In this document: piece after piece, positions 24,026 to 34,400 of the stretch
Layout: every line of letters starts with the position of its first letter
Position numbering within the stretch: the first letter of the stretch is position 1
DNA from: a virus
Taxonomy: Duplodnaviria; Caudoviricetes
Direction: 5' to 3' (one strand)
Length of the DNA stretch: 48,095 nucleotides
IMG/VR virus record: IMGVR_UViG_3300005764_000025
Location: 1-48,095 of that record
The notes under the pieces: model-generated
What the model saw: only the letters and a program-made list of their open reading frames with translations
Databases searched by the model: none
Told to the model about the DNA's origin: nothing
Position numbers and translations under genes: made by a program

Positions 24026-25069
24026 ATGGCGACGAGAATTCAAAACAAAATCCTCGGTCTGGGACTGGACGCCCAAGTCGATATTGAAACGGCGTCCACA
24101 AATTACCTCCGCTTTCGGCAGTTGAACGCGGAGATCGCGCCTACCGCTTTCACTACGGAAACGGACGCGGCGGAAGTTGGCAAAGGCAACGAATTTGCCA
24201 CGCAGGTTTATCCGGTAGCCTGGTCCGCAGCGGCGCGGATCGACAAGTACGCATCCGCCGAGTTCATGACGTGGGCCTTCGGCTTCGGAATGGGCAATGT
24301 CAGCGAAACCACGGGCACGTACACGATCAAGCCGATCGATCCATGCGTCACGCTCGAGCTTCCCTATTTCAGCGTGGTCGAGCAGATCTGCGAAGGCGGC
24401 GGTCAGGCGCTCGATAATGCGTTTCTCGGATGCTCCGTCGAGGATGTGCTGTACGAGTTCAACTACGGGCCGGGACGCCAGAGCGGACGATGCACCGTGA
24501 ACTGGGTAGGCTCCGGTCGCATGACCACGCCGTCCGGTGTCACGCTTCCGCCTCTGGTGTCGGAGAACTATCTGCTTGCGTCCTCGATGACGTTGACCAT
24601 CGGGACCACGGATTACATCACGGCCAAGACCATGTTGAGCGGCTCGATTGGCTGGAAGAACAACATGCTGCTCGGCCCCGGCTATTATCCCGGCAGCGGA
24701 GTGCAGGACAACGCGGCAGTTCGCGGACGCCAGGAGATCGGCGCGAGGGCCTGCACCTTCACCTTCACGGCGCGGCTTCTGAAGAATTCGGACGAATACG
24801 CGAAGCTGAAAAGCCAGATCAGCGAACATGCGGTCCTCAAGGTCCAGTTCGATTCCACGCATTGGGTCAACTTCGATTTCCCGGCGGTGAAATTCGAGAC
24901 TGTGGTCAACGGAGAACAGGACGGCATCGTGAGCGTCACCTGCACGCTGGCAACGATCTGGGATACCACCGCAGGGACCGTGCTCACCGTCACGAGCCAG
25001 TGCGGAGTAGCCGGGATCGCGCAAAGCACCGGCGCCAAGAAGGAAGAGAGTGGAGAGAAAGCGGCGTAG
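24026..25069 (+). CDS. Major tail tube protein
   Basis: 347 aa, beta/Thr-rich, upstream of the chaperone pair and tape measure. Confidence 0.75.
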   Translation: MATRIQNKILGLGLDAQVDIETASTNYLRFRQLNAEIAPTAFTTETDAAEVGKGNEFATQVYPVAWSAAARIDKYASAEFMTWAFGFGMGNVSETTGTYTIKPIDPCVTLELPYFSVVEQICEGGGQALDNAFLGCSVEDVLYEFNYGPGRQSGRCTVNWVGSGRMTTPSGVTLPPLVSENYLLASSMTLTIGTTDYITAKTMLSGSIGWKNNMLLGPGYYPGSGVQDNAAVRGRQEIGARACTFTFTARLLKNSDEYAKLKSQISEHAVLKVQFDSTHWVNFDFPAVKFETVVNGEQDGIVSVTCTLATIWDTTAGTVLTVTSQCGVAGIAQSTGAKKEESGEKAA

Positions 25070-25072
25070 TCT

Positions 25073-25774
25073 ATGTACGGCGAACTGCAAGGCATCAGGG
25101 CGCAGGACGGCAACGAATATCCGGCCTTCCCGGTGGTCATCCACAATCCGCTCAAGACCGCCGCGCTACGGCTTCCGACTTCGGAGGAGATCTCGACGTA
25201 CACCGGGAGCATCCGACAGTTGATCCGGCGGCTCGGCCGGCGGCAATCGGAAGATCAGGATGTGCCGAACGAAGCTGCAGAGCGGCGTTTCTTCGACGCC
25301 ATCCGGCTGGACAAGTCCGGAGAAGAGTTCGACGCCGCCGAGATCAAGAAGGCGATCGACCAGATCCTTCTGCACCAGATCACTGATTGCCAACGGGACG
25401 GCGACCGCTATGCCGTCACGATCCGGACGCTCTGGGGATCGACCGTGCATACCGTCCGGACGCCGCTCACACGGGAGATCCAGGTTTACCGCGAAGGCGT
25501 CATCCGGTCAAGGGAACTCCCGCACAATGTCGAGGAGCGGCGCTTCCCGCCTGAGGTCCCGGCGGCGCTGTATGATGCCATCGTGCTCCGCGTCGAAGGC
25601 TATACGCCCCAATTCAACGTCATCGCCGGCGGCAACGGCCAGCCGCATGTCTATGAAGGCGGCGAACTGAAGAGCTTTCTGCCCACGATCCCGCCGCATC
25701 ACAAGCGCAGTGTCGCCGGCGAGATCTCCTCGCAACTCTACGAACTCGATCCGTCGCTCGACCCAAACGGATAG
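25073..25774 (+). CDS. Tail assembly chaperone (gpG-like)
   Basis: Position; ends at slippery heptamer C CCA AAC. Confidence 0.75.
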   Translation: MYGELQGIRAQDGNEYPAFPVVIHNPLKTAALRLPTSEEISTYTGSIRQLIRRLGRRQSEDQDVPNEAAERRFFDAIRLDKSGEEFDAAEIKKAIDQILLHQITDCQRDGDRYAVTIRTLWGSTVHTVRTPLTREIQVYREGVIRSRELPHNVEERRFPPEVPAALYDAIVLRVEGYTPQFNVIAGGNGQPHVYEGGELKSFLPTIPPHHKRSVAGEISSQLYELDPSLDPNG

Positions 25775-25810
25775 CGCCGGATGAGTGGTGCGAACCACTG
25801 CCGATCCGGC
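25762..25810 (+). other. -1 programmed ribosomal frameshift signal
   Basis: C-CCA-AAC (25762-25768), 7-nt spacer, hairpin GCCGGAT..AGTGGT-GCGA-ACCACT..ATCCGGC (25776-25810); the -1 frame stays open to 26256. Confidence 0.85.
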
Positions 25811-26256
25811 TTCTGATCTACCGATTGCTCCGCGCTGATGAGCTTTGCCGCGGCGGTGAGGAGGACGGCGCCACCGCCTGTCCACTTGCAGATACGGCCC
25901 GATGCGTGGCGTGCGAGTTCCGCTGGCGACCGGAGGATATCGGCGTTCCCGGCAGATGCCCATCCTGCGAACAGAGAGGCGTGGTGATCGAGCGGTGCGA
26001 ATCCTGCCCAACTGTGGAGGTCGAATACTACCGCGCCGTCACGCGGGCTGGTCAGCTATTGGACCGTGTGCTGGAGCATGACTTTGACACGAAGCATTAT
26101 CGGATCGATCCCGGCGAGGTCCCGGCGGATGTGCGTGTAGGCCTCAAAGTGCTGGAACAGGAGCGGACGAAGTGGGAGAAGGAGACGCGGGAAAAGATGG
26201 AGCAACGACAGGAGGAACAACGCCGGATTCAGGAGATGCAACGGCGCGGACGCTAA
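25762..26256 (+). CDS. gpT-like frameshift extension, Cys-rich
   Basis: -1 frame relative to gpG with no SD of its own; CVAC, CPSC and CESC motifs. Confidence 0.75.
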   Translation, partial: PKRIAPDEWCEPLPIRLLIYRLLRADELCRGGEEDGATACPLADTARCVACEFRWRPEDIGVPGRCPSCEQRGVVIERCESCPTVEVEYYRAVTRAGQLLDRVLEHDFDTKHYRIDPGEVPADVRVGLKVLEQERTKWEKETREKMEQRQEEQRRIQEMQRRGR

Positions 26257-26585
26257 AGGCCTTCGGCGGCACACGCCTTCATGAGACGCAGATCATTGAT
26301 GGAGAGCGAAGACAGGGGCTTGCTTTCATTGACCGTCCGGACAGCTTTGCAAAGCTGAACCACTTCATTCCGGTTTGCTTCATGTAGCCGGCGATTCGCA
26401 TTAATGACGGTCTGCGGGACCGGGGCCTGCAGAGCTTTCTGATATTCCTCGCCCTGATCTTCATTCATTGCCTGGACTTTGGGGAGGGCATCCGCCCGTC
26501 TATTCGCGTCTCTGATCTCTAACGCTATCTTGGCGATACTAAACAAGATAAGCGCCGCCAGAATAAATTTCGGCAGTTTTCGCAT
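26253..26585 (-). CDS. Opposite-strand membrane-anchored/exported protein (moron-like)
   Basis: N-terminal hydrophobic segment and two Cys; looks lower in GC; interrupts the tail operon. Confidence 0.65.
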   Translation of the reverse strand: MRKLPKFILAALILFSIAKIALEIRDANRRADALPKVQAMNEDQGEEYQKALQAPVPQTVINANRRLHEANRNEVVQLCKAVRTVNESKPLSSLSINDLRLMKACAAEGL

Positions 26586-26668
26586 AGCCCCTCAGGGTAG
26601 CAAACGGCGCTCCATCCACCCAGATCTAGGGGTACTCCCCGCAAACGAAGGTATTGCAGAATAGCCTT

Positions 26669-27151
26669 ATGGCGATGTTTCAGGCCAAGATCACGCATTC
26701 GACTTTGACGTTCTCGCCGTTCACAAGCGAAAGTATGATGACCATCGGCCAGGTTGCGTTGGATCATATGAAGCAACGCATCCAATCGGTATCAAACAAT
26801 GAAGACAATCAGGCCAGACCGCTGAAGGAAACCTACGCGCAGGAAAAGCTCAAAGGCCGGCGCGTGGCGATGAGCGGGCCGCGGATATACAGAGGTCTTC
26901 CGGTTCGTGATTGGACGCTTCGCGGATGGACATTGCAATCCTGCAAGGTGAAAGTTGCCAGTGAAGAGCGCGTGGTCATCGGGCCAACCACGCAGCAAGC
27001 CTCGATGATCATCCTGACGCGAAACAAGCTCGACAAGATGTGGGGCCTCTCGCCCAGTGACAAGCAGGCCATGTATGCCGTGATCCGCGAGATTCTCGTG
27101 CGCGTTAAATCCGTCCGCGTAATAAAGAGCGGCTTTGCAAAAACTGCCTGA
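26669..27151 (+). CDS. Tail completion / virion morphogenesis-like protein
   Basis: Basic; RPLKETYAQEK...RDWTLRG.TLQS pattern of the gpS/gp10-like family. Confidence 0.6.
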   Translation: MAMFQAKITHSTLTFSPFTSESMMTIGQVALDHMKQRIQSVSNNEDNQARPLKETYAQEKLKGRRVAMSGPRIYRGLPVRDWTLRGWTLQSCKVKVASEERVVIGPTTQQASMIILTRNKLDKMWGLSPSDKQAMYAVIREILVRVKSVRVIKSGFAKTA

Positions 27152-27167
27152 GTGATAGGATTACTGC

Positions 27168-30100
27168 ATGTTCCCTTCCGGGGCTGATATCGAGATTGTC
27201 TTCAATCCAAACTCGATCATCGAGGGATTCCGGAAGATCGACCGCGCCCGCCAGGAGATGGAAAAGGGCGTAGGCGGCTCGGTTGAGAAATTCAACCAGG
27301 CCTTCACCAGTTTCTCCGAACAGATCGTCAAAGTGAGCCAACGCGCCCAGCGGGCGCAGGAAACCTATCTCCGTTCGATCGAGCGTCAGGCGGATGTATA
27401 CGGCAAGAGCGGCGTCGAGAAGCTAATCGCCCAACGGGACTCGATCATCAAGCGGCTTGGCACAGAAGAGGAAGCCGTGAAGCGCGTCACCGCCGCTTAC
27501 CAGAAGATGATCGACGTGGAGAAGAAGCGCGAAGAGGAACGCGACAAGCACGGCGGCGGATTACTCGGCAGCGGAACTACAGGGCTGTTTGTTCGCGGCG
27601 CCCGCGACATTTTCGAAGGCCGCATGGCCTACGGCGAAATGGATATTGCCAGAGGCTTGGCTTCGCTCCGTGGCGCTCCTCTCATTATCGGCGGCGCGGT
27701 CGCGGCGTTTGCCGGGTTGACAGCGGCTTCTTACGAAGCGGCGAAATCGATGGGAGAAGCCGCTTCGAGAATTCATGAAATCCAACTTGTCACCGGCATG
27801 AGCGCTCGCGAGGTGCAGCAATTCGATTATGCGGCCAAGGTCACCGGCCAGGATATCGGCGTGGTGGATCGCATGATGCGCGGATTGACGCAAGCGATCA
27901 CAGATACGGGATCGCAAGGCATTAAAGCGCGGGAAACCTTGGGGAAGATGGGAATCGATCTGTTGAGCCTGCAGACAGGCGCTACCGGAACGATGGAACT
28001 CTTCAAACAGATATCGACTGCGCTGGAAGAGCAGCCCAATCTCTGGTCAAGGAACAAGGACGCCATTGAATTGTTCAAACGGGCTGGCATTACCAGTTTG
28101 CCCATGCTGATCGAACTGAACAAGTCTTTGAAAGAAACGCAAGGCATTCAGTTCATGTCGAACGATCAGATTACTCGTCTCAACGAAGTCCATCATCAAC
28201 TCGAATTGCTCGGAACTGAATGGGATCAGTTCATCAATCAGGTAAAGGCTTCCCTAGCAAAACCGTTTATCCTCACCGTAAAGATCGTCCGCGAAGGCTT
28301 GTTTGCCCCTAGCGCCGCGCCCTTTGGTCCATTGATCGGCGGTAAGGAGCGTCAGGAAACCATCGATATTATGACCGGCTATCATGGCGCGGGGCCAGTT
28401 TCGGAATTGCTTGAGAGAAGCCGGGCCGGCATTGAAGGTCGCACTCTGGAAGTGACCCGTCGAGCCATGCCCCAGATGGAATATCGCGGCGCTCAGGACT
28501 ATCTCTATGAACAGCGGAGAAGTAATCTCGAATTCGCTACGCAGTACGAGGGTGAACTAAAAAAGAAGCTGAACGAGGAGATCGCAGATCGGACCAGAAC
28601 CGGCGCAGATTACGCCAAGGCAGTCAGAGAAGCCACCAAAGCCTACGAGGATCAGCACAAGATTGTCGAAGCTCTGCGCAAGGCTGATGCCGACCGTCTC
28701 TCTCTAGCGCAGGCGATGGCGCGATTGCAGGAGGAAGCCGCAGAGAAAGCGGAACACCCCTATGGAATGCTTCCCGCCGAACAGGAAATGATGCGGATGA
28801 TGAAGGAGCATCCGACTGCGGATCGGGCTGAAGTGGCCCGCATCCTCCGACCGCAACTGGATCGTGAGGTCGATACCATTCTCCGCCGCGCCGGCCTACG
28901 AGGAATGCCTGATGGCTCGATCCAACGCGACGAGATGCAATTGAAGTTGACCGGCGGCGTCACTCCATCAGGCGATATCGGCGCCAAGGAACAGGCTGCT
29001 CTAGCCGCCGCTGGCCGCTTGATGCTCGATAATGCGAAACGGGAGAACGAGGAACTCCGCGAGAAGATCCGCCTTGAGGAATCCATCCTGAAGAATAATC
29101 GCGAGATCGTAGCGACCGCTGACAGAGGCGCGGCGAGGATTCAGGAGATCCTGGCGCCCAGCACGGTAGAGAGCCGCCTACGCTTCGCGCAGCAGGAACT
29201 CGATATCGCCCGAAGGAATGCGGAGGAGGAATATCGCGATCGCGCCGCGAAAATCGCGGACGAGTATGGCGATGCGGAAAGCCGCGCCCTCGCCTATAAA
29301 AATCTGCGCCTGGAGTACAGCCGCGAAGTTTACGATGCGGAGATGCGCTACCTCGAGGAAGTGGCGCAAGAACGGCGGCGGCAACTGGACGAGATCAAAG
29401 ACGCCGTTGAGCCGCTCTTCCATACTCTGTTTACGCAACCATCCAAGTTCGGGGAGCAACTGAAGAGCACGCTACGCGAGGCCACGCTCAAACCGATCAC
29501 GAGCGGCCTGAGCGAGATGACAGCGCAAGCCCTCCATCCGATGATCTTCGGCGCGACCGGGACGGGCGGAATCGCCGGCGCGATGCGAGGCATGTTCGGC
29601 GGATCGACCGGACGGCTGAATGATGTGAAGCTCACGTCGAACGGCGCGGTCCCGGTCCATATCGTCAGTACGTCTCTGCCTACGGGCGGAACAATGCCCA
29701 CGAGCACCGGGATCTACTCTATCGGCGGGCCTTCCGGCGGCGGCGGGACCGTGGGCGGTATCCCGATTCCATCCATCGTCACGCCGCCAACCTTCCCCTC
29801 CAATTCGGTCATCCCCCTTGGCGGCTTCGGCCCTCTGGCACGAGCGGCCGGCCTCGCCGGCGGTGGTGGAGGAGGTGGCGGATGGAATCCGTTCGGCGTT
29901 CCCACCATGAGCACCTACTGGGGCGGCGGCGCGGCGGCTCTGAGCGGCGGGATGCCAACCACTCAGGAACTGGCGAATCTTCCGCCCTCAACGAACCCGT
30001 GGGGCAGTTTGGCCGGGACGCTGGCGATGGCGGGATTGGGAGGAGCGCCGATTGGCGCGGGAGCGCCGGGACGCTCCATGATGATGACGAATCCGCTACA

Positions 30101-30971
30101 GGCTTACATGTCGAAAGCCTTCGGCTGGTTCGGCGGCTCTTATTTCGGTAGCGGCGGTCTGAGCCGGGTAGGGACGAATATCGGCCAATACGGCGGCGCA
30201 ATCACTTCGCAGACCGCCACCACGTCCGCGAGGCTACAGGCATTGAGCACGGGGCCATTTGCGGGCACGCCAATCGGACCTGCCGTGGGCGGCGCGGGCA
30301 CGATGCTAGCCGCTTATGGTTTGTTGGGCGAACCGCGAGGGACCGTTGGCGGCGTGGTGGCTGGCACGGCAGGAGGGTTCCTGGTGGCTGGTCCTATCGG
30401 CGCGGCAGTAGGCTTTGGCATCGGAGTTGGCGAGATGATCGCCGGCGTCGAGTCTCCGCGGCGCGAGGCGAAGCGCCTAGTCCGCGAGATCTACCACATC
30501 GATATCAACAATTCGACAGCGGACCAGATTGTCGCCATTGCCAAACAAAATTACGCCAGCCATGTTTCGCTGGCCGTCCGCGCCCCGGAAGTGCGCCAGA
30601 TGCTCGGCCTGTACGCGGCCGGCACGGGACAGGCAGACCGATTCCCGCAATCCGCGACAACGCCGCACGGCGCCTCGCTCGTGGAATCCGGCGGAACCCT
30701 GTTCCAGCAAGCGACGTATCAGTACGGCAACCCCTACACCTATCAGTCGAATCTTCCGGTCTACGGGCCATCAGGTGGAAGCCTGCCCACTCCCGGCGGG
30801 AACCTCTCGCTCTCGCTGAATATCGGGGGCCAGGACGCGGCCCGCTTCATGCAGGGCAACGTGGTGACTCCGGACGTGATCCAGACGCAATATGCCGCCG
30901 CCATGCAGGGATCGAGCGGGCGCGTGGATCAGGCCTTAACGCTTCAAAGTCCCGGCATGATCGTCGCATAA
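27168..30971 (+). CDS. Tape measure protein
   Basis: 1267 aa, long helical/coiled-coil region, Gly-rich hydrophobic C-terminus; follows the chaperones. Confidence 0.85.
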   Translation: MFPSGADIEIVFNPNSIIEGFRKIDRARQEMEKGVGGSVEKFNQAFTSFSEQIVKVSQRAQRAQETYLRSIERQADVYGKSGVEKLIAQRDSIIKRLGTEEEAVKRVTAAYQKMIDVEKKREEERDKHGGGLLGSGTTGLFVRGARDIFEGRMAYGEMDIARGLASLRGAPLIIGGAVAAFAGLTAASYEAAKSMGEAASRIHEIQLVTGMSAREVQQFDYAAKVTGQDIGVVDRMMRGLTQAITDTGSQGIKARETLGKMGIDLLSLQTGATGTMELFKQISTALEEQPNLWSRNKDAIELFKRAGITSLPMLIELNKSLKETQGIQFMSNDQITRLNEVHHQLELLGTEWDQFINQVKASLAKPFILTVKIVREGLFAPSAAPFGPLIGGKERQETIDIMTGYHGAGPVSELLERSRAGIEGRTLEVTRRAMPQMEYRGAQDYLYEQRRSNLEFATQYEGELKKKLNEEIADRTRTGADYAKAVREATKAYEDQHKIVEALRKADADRLSLAQAMARLQEEAAEKAEHPYGMLPAEQEMMRMMKEHPTADRAEVARILRPQLDREVDTILRRAGLRGMPDGSIQRDEMQLKLTGGVTPSGDIGAKEQAALAAAGRLMLDNAKRENEELREKIRLEESILKNNREIVATADRGAARIQEILAPSTVESRLRFAQQELDIARRNAEEEYRDRAAKIADEYGDAESRALAYKNLRLEYSREVYDAEMRYLEEVAQERRRQLDEIKDAVEPLFHTLFTQPSKFGEQLKSTLREATLKPITSGLSEMTAQALHPMIFGATGTGGIAGAMRGMFGGSTGRLNDVKLTSNGAVPVHIVSTSLPTGGTMPTSTGIYSIGGPSGGGGTVGGIPIPSIVTPPTFPSNSVIPLGGFGPLARAAGLAGGGGGGGGWNPFGVPTMSTYWGGGAAALSGGMPTTQELANLPPSTNPWGSLAGTLAMAGLGGAPIGAGAPGRSMMMTNPLQAYMSKAFGWFGGSYFGSGGLSRVGTNIGQYGGAITSQTATTSARLQALSTGPFAGTPIGPAVGGAGTMLAAYGLLGEPRGTVGGVVAGTAGGFLVAGPIGAAVGFGIGVGEMIAGVESPRREAKRLVREIYHIDINNSTADQIVAIAKQNYASHVSLAVRAPEVRQMLGLYAAGTGQADRFPQSATTPHGASLVESGGTLFQQATYQYGNPYTYQSNLPVYGPSGGSLPTPGGNLSLSLNIGGQDAARFMQGNVVTPDVIQTQYAAAMQGSSGRVDQALTLQSPGMIVA

Positions 30972-31023
30972 CACCGCAACGTGGCACTGGTAAAATGTTT
31001 TTGATTCCAGAGGGCCTGTCGCC

Positions 31024-31464
31024 GTGCCAGCGAACCTTGCAGCCGCATCGGTTGCCCCCGGCGCCGTATTACCGCAGTCTCTGAGCACGTCCTATGTCGA
31101 GATGTGGTCCTATCCCATTCTCGGGGTGAACTACAATGACGGGACCAACGAGCGTTCGCTGATTCAGGACGGCGTCAATCCGCCGCTTCCGCTGCGCACC
31201 TGGACGCTGGCAAGACGGCTGACCACGGCGCAATTGAACACGCTCCTGAACTTCTGGCGGAACACAACGAAGGGCGGTTTGAACCCGTTCTACTATTACG
31301 ATCCTTTCGACGTGCTTCCCGGTCACCAGCACGGGAGCAATTACGATCCGGCCGGCAACAATTCGCAAGGCCGCGTGATCTGCTTTTTCCGGGGCGATTG
31401 GGGCCACCATACCGAACTCGGAAGGCACGTAGTGCCGAACCTTCTGCTTGTCGAGGTCCGCTGA
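31024..31464 (+). CDS. Distal tail (Dit/gpM-like) protein
   Basis: RTWTL...LLNFW....GGLNPFYYYDP; directly after the tape measure. Confidence 0.65.
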   Translation: MPANLAAASVAPGAVLPQSLSTSYVEMWSYPILGVNYNDGTNERSLIQDGVNPPLPLRTWTLARRLTTAQLNTLLNFWRNTTKGGLNPFYYYDPFDVLPGHQHGSNYDPAGNNSQGRVICFFRGDWGHHTELGRHVVPNLLLVEVR

Positions 31465-34400
31465 TGGCGGATAGCATTGGTCGCATCCCGGTTCCGACTC
31501 CGACACCATCGAATCTCGTCTTCGGCCAGCGGGCCGATGGGTCGATGATGCGTAGCGAGTATGGCTACGGCATGACGCAGGATTGGAAAGTCATCGAGCA
31601 TCGGTTCGGTGAGCTCGCGACTCTCGGCACTCAGCGCTACGGCATCGGTAGCGGCGCGCGCCACTTTCAATACGTGAAGAGTTCGCTCTCCTACATGGAC
31701 CGCGACTACCTGCAGAATTTCTACAATGCCGTGCAAGGCTCGTATCAGAGCTTCCTCTATCCGGTCCCGAACCCGGATCGGCAGACGTTCACGAACTACC
31801 GCGTCATCTTCGACGCGCCGCCGCTCTCGGTGACCGATCTGTCGAATCGCTGCCAGACCGGCATGACGTTTATCGAGGTCATCGATCCTGCTTCAGTGAA
31901 CCCGTTGAACGTAACGAGCTACTGCACGCGCTTCCCCTCAAGCGCTCTCCAAACCGCCCTTGCCTCGCAAGTCCAGATCATCGTCCCGCTCGTACATATC
32001 AAAGTCCGCAATACCGCCGTGCCGGATATCTGGCTCTCCGACCGCCGCATCATTCTCAACGGCGTTCCGAACGCTCCCAGCCAGGTCACCTACCTGCCGC
32101 GGCTTCTCTCCGTGGGCGTGCCTGGAACCAACGACGTGATCATGTCGCAGTCCATCGATGGGCGGAGCGACAACGTGCGTTTCGTTTTCGGCAATGCGGA
32201 TCGCGTGATGGCGAAGCTGGTGAACGACTGTTCTCTCGAATTCGCGGAGATCGATCTTTGCCTCTATCACGTGAATTCGGGCATCCTGCTACAGCTTTGG
32301 CAGGGAATCATTCTCTCCTGGCAACTCGACGGCTCGGCGCAGTTCTCGATCCAATGTTCGGACGGCCTCTATCCGATCACGCAATCCTATCCGCGGCGTG
32401 TGATCAGCCGGCAATGCTGGAAACCGTTCAACCAGGACACGGTTCCCGGCTTCCGCCCGTGTCCGTGGTCTACCGCCGGCGGCGGCAAGGGCAATCCATC
32501 GAGTTGCGATTACTTCTACAACTCGACCAACGGATGCCTCTCGCACGGCATGAGCAATTATTTTGGCGGGCATCCGGAGCAGCCGCAGAGCGTTGTGATC
32601 AAGGATCAGGGCGGGATGCACATCATGGGATTCGGGCGCGACTGGGTGACTGCGACCTCGATTCTCTCGGACTCGATCTGGGGCAAGCCGCTGGCCGAGA
32701 TCTGGTGCAATGACGGCGGCACGCCGCAGAGAGCTTACTGGTCGAACTGTGATATCGCCGCCGTGCGCGAGGAGTCCGACTATTACGACATTCTCGGGAT
32801 CGTGGGCGCCGGTCCCATTGGCGCTTATGAAGGCATGTCTGTGCAGACGAATGCGGATGGATACAAATTCATCGTCGCGCCCACCGCAGACGGCTTTCAT
32901 CCGCAGGGATTCGAGACGGACTCCGATCTGAATATCACGGGCTACCATCCCACGCTGGGCTTGCGGCAATCGGTTGGCTACGATCCCGCAATGCTCGGGG
33001 CCGATCCGACTCAAGGCGTGGACGCTTTCTCGCTGGGCGCTGGAAGCCCGCAGAGGTGGGATCTGCCGGATGCGAACTATTCCAATTGCGGCGTGCCCAA
33101 CCGGATCATTCCCTATGCGGCCGGCACGGCGGTGTGCGAGATCCGGTATCCCAAATCCGCCGGCCAGGGCGTCACACCCACCACGGCGGAATCGCACAAC
33201 ATGCAAGTGCCCATCTCCAAGGGCCTGTACGGTTCGACCTTCGATCCCGCCGGAACGCGCACCTATGCCCCCGGCGTCACGAATCCGTTCTGGGTCGCGG
33301 CGAACACGTATCTCCGCGCTCTGGGAATCGACCATGCCGATCCCGCCACGCAACTGCGGTATTTGCTGCTCGATTCGCTCACACGCTCGGACGGCATGGG
33401 ATGCGCCGATATCGCGGACCTCTGGGTCGATCCCCTCGTGCATGGCCCGGTGATGTACACCTACGACATAAGCCCCACGGGCGCGGCGCTCACCAGTTTC
33501 AACCTCGACCACAACAACAATACTTTCTCCTGGCAGGACTCCACCGGAAAAACCCAGACGATTCCGGTCTACGATGCGATCCAGGCCGGGTATGTCTCGA
33601 TCGTCTCCCAACCGGACAAGGAGCGCCAGTTTCAATTCCAGGGTCAGCTCGCGGACTTCAAGCCCTTCCGCGATTGGTTGACCGAGATCCTCAATTGCGC
33701 TCTCGGTTATTTCTGTTTCGAATTCGGAAAGCTGAAGCTCGGCATCCGCTATTCCGCGGTCCCGGTGGACACCTATGGACTCGGCTCGATGCTCTACCAG
33801 TCGCTGAATCTGGCGCCCATCTCGAGCACCTTCGAATACCTGAAGCTGACGTTCGCGAATGTGGCGCTCCAATATCAGCAAGATCTTGCGGAGTATCAGG
33901 ACAAGGACCACGCCGCCTACTATGGCCGCGCCGGCGCTCCGCTGACTTCCTCGATGCGTTCCGTGGGAACGGCTTCGCTCTCGCAAGCGCTGCGCGTGGC
34001 CGTGAGCCGCACACGGGAGGAGATCGGCGGCATCCTGCGGACGGATCAATCGAATCCGTACATCGAGTGGGATAACAACAAGCGGGCGGAATTCAAGACC
34101 ACGCTCCTCGGCCTGTCGAACGAGATCGGACAGGTCATCTCCATCACGCATCCGGATCTGCCCACCTATCCCGGCGCCCATCCCGGCTCCCGTCCCGGCA
34201 GCAACGGCCCGTTCCAGGCGAACACCTGGCCGTTCCGCATCAAACGCTACATGCTCCATTCCGACTGGAGCGTCACCATTCAGGCGGATTCATGCGTCGA
34301 TTCGATGTATGACCTGGAAGTGGGGCCGCAACCTGTAGGCGCGGTCCCGCAACCGCTTCCGGTCCTGTTCTACCCGGAGCCGCTCGGCCAATGGGCGCCA

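Noticed and set aside
32289-34259. 656-aa minus-strand ORF and other long antisense ORFs in the tail region
   Set aside because: Shadow frames caused by codon bias of the tail-tip gene
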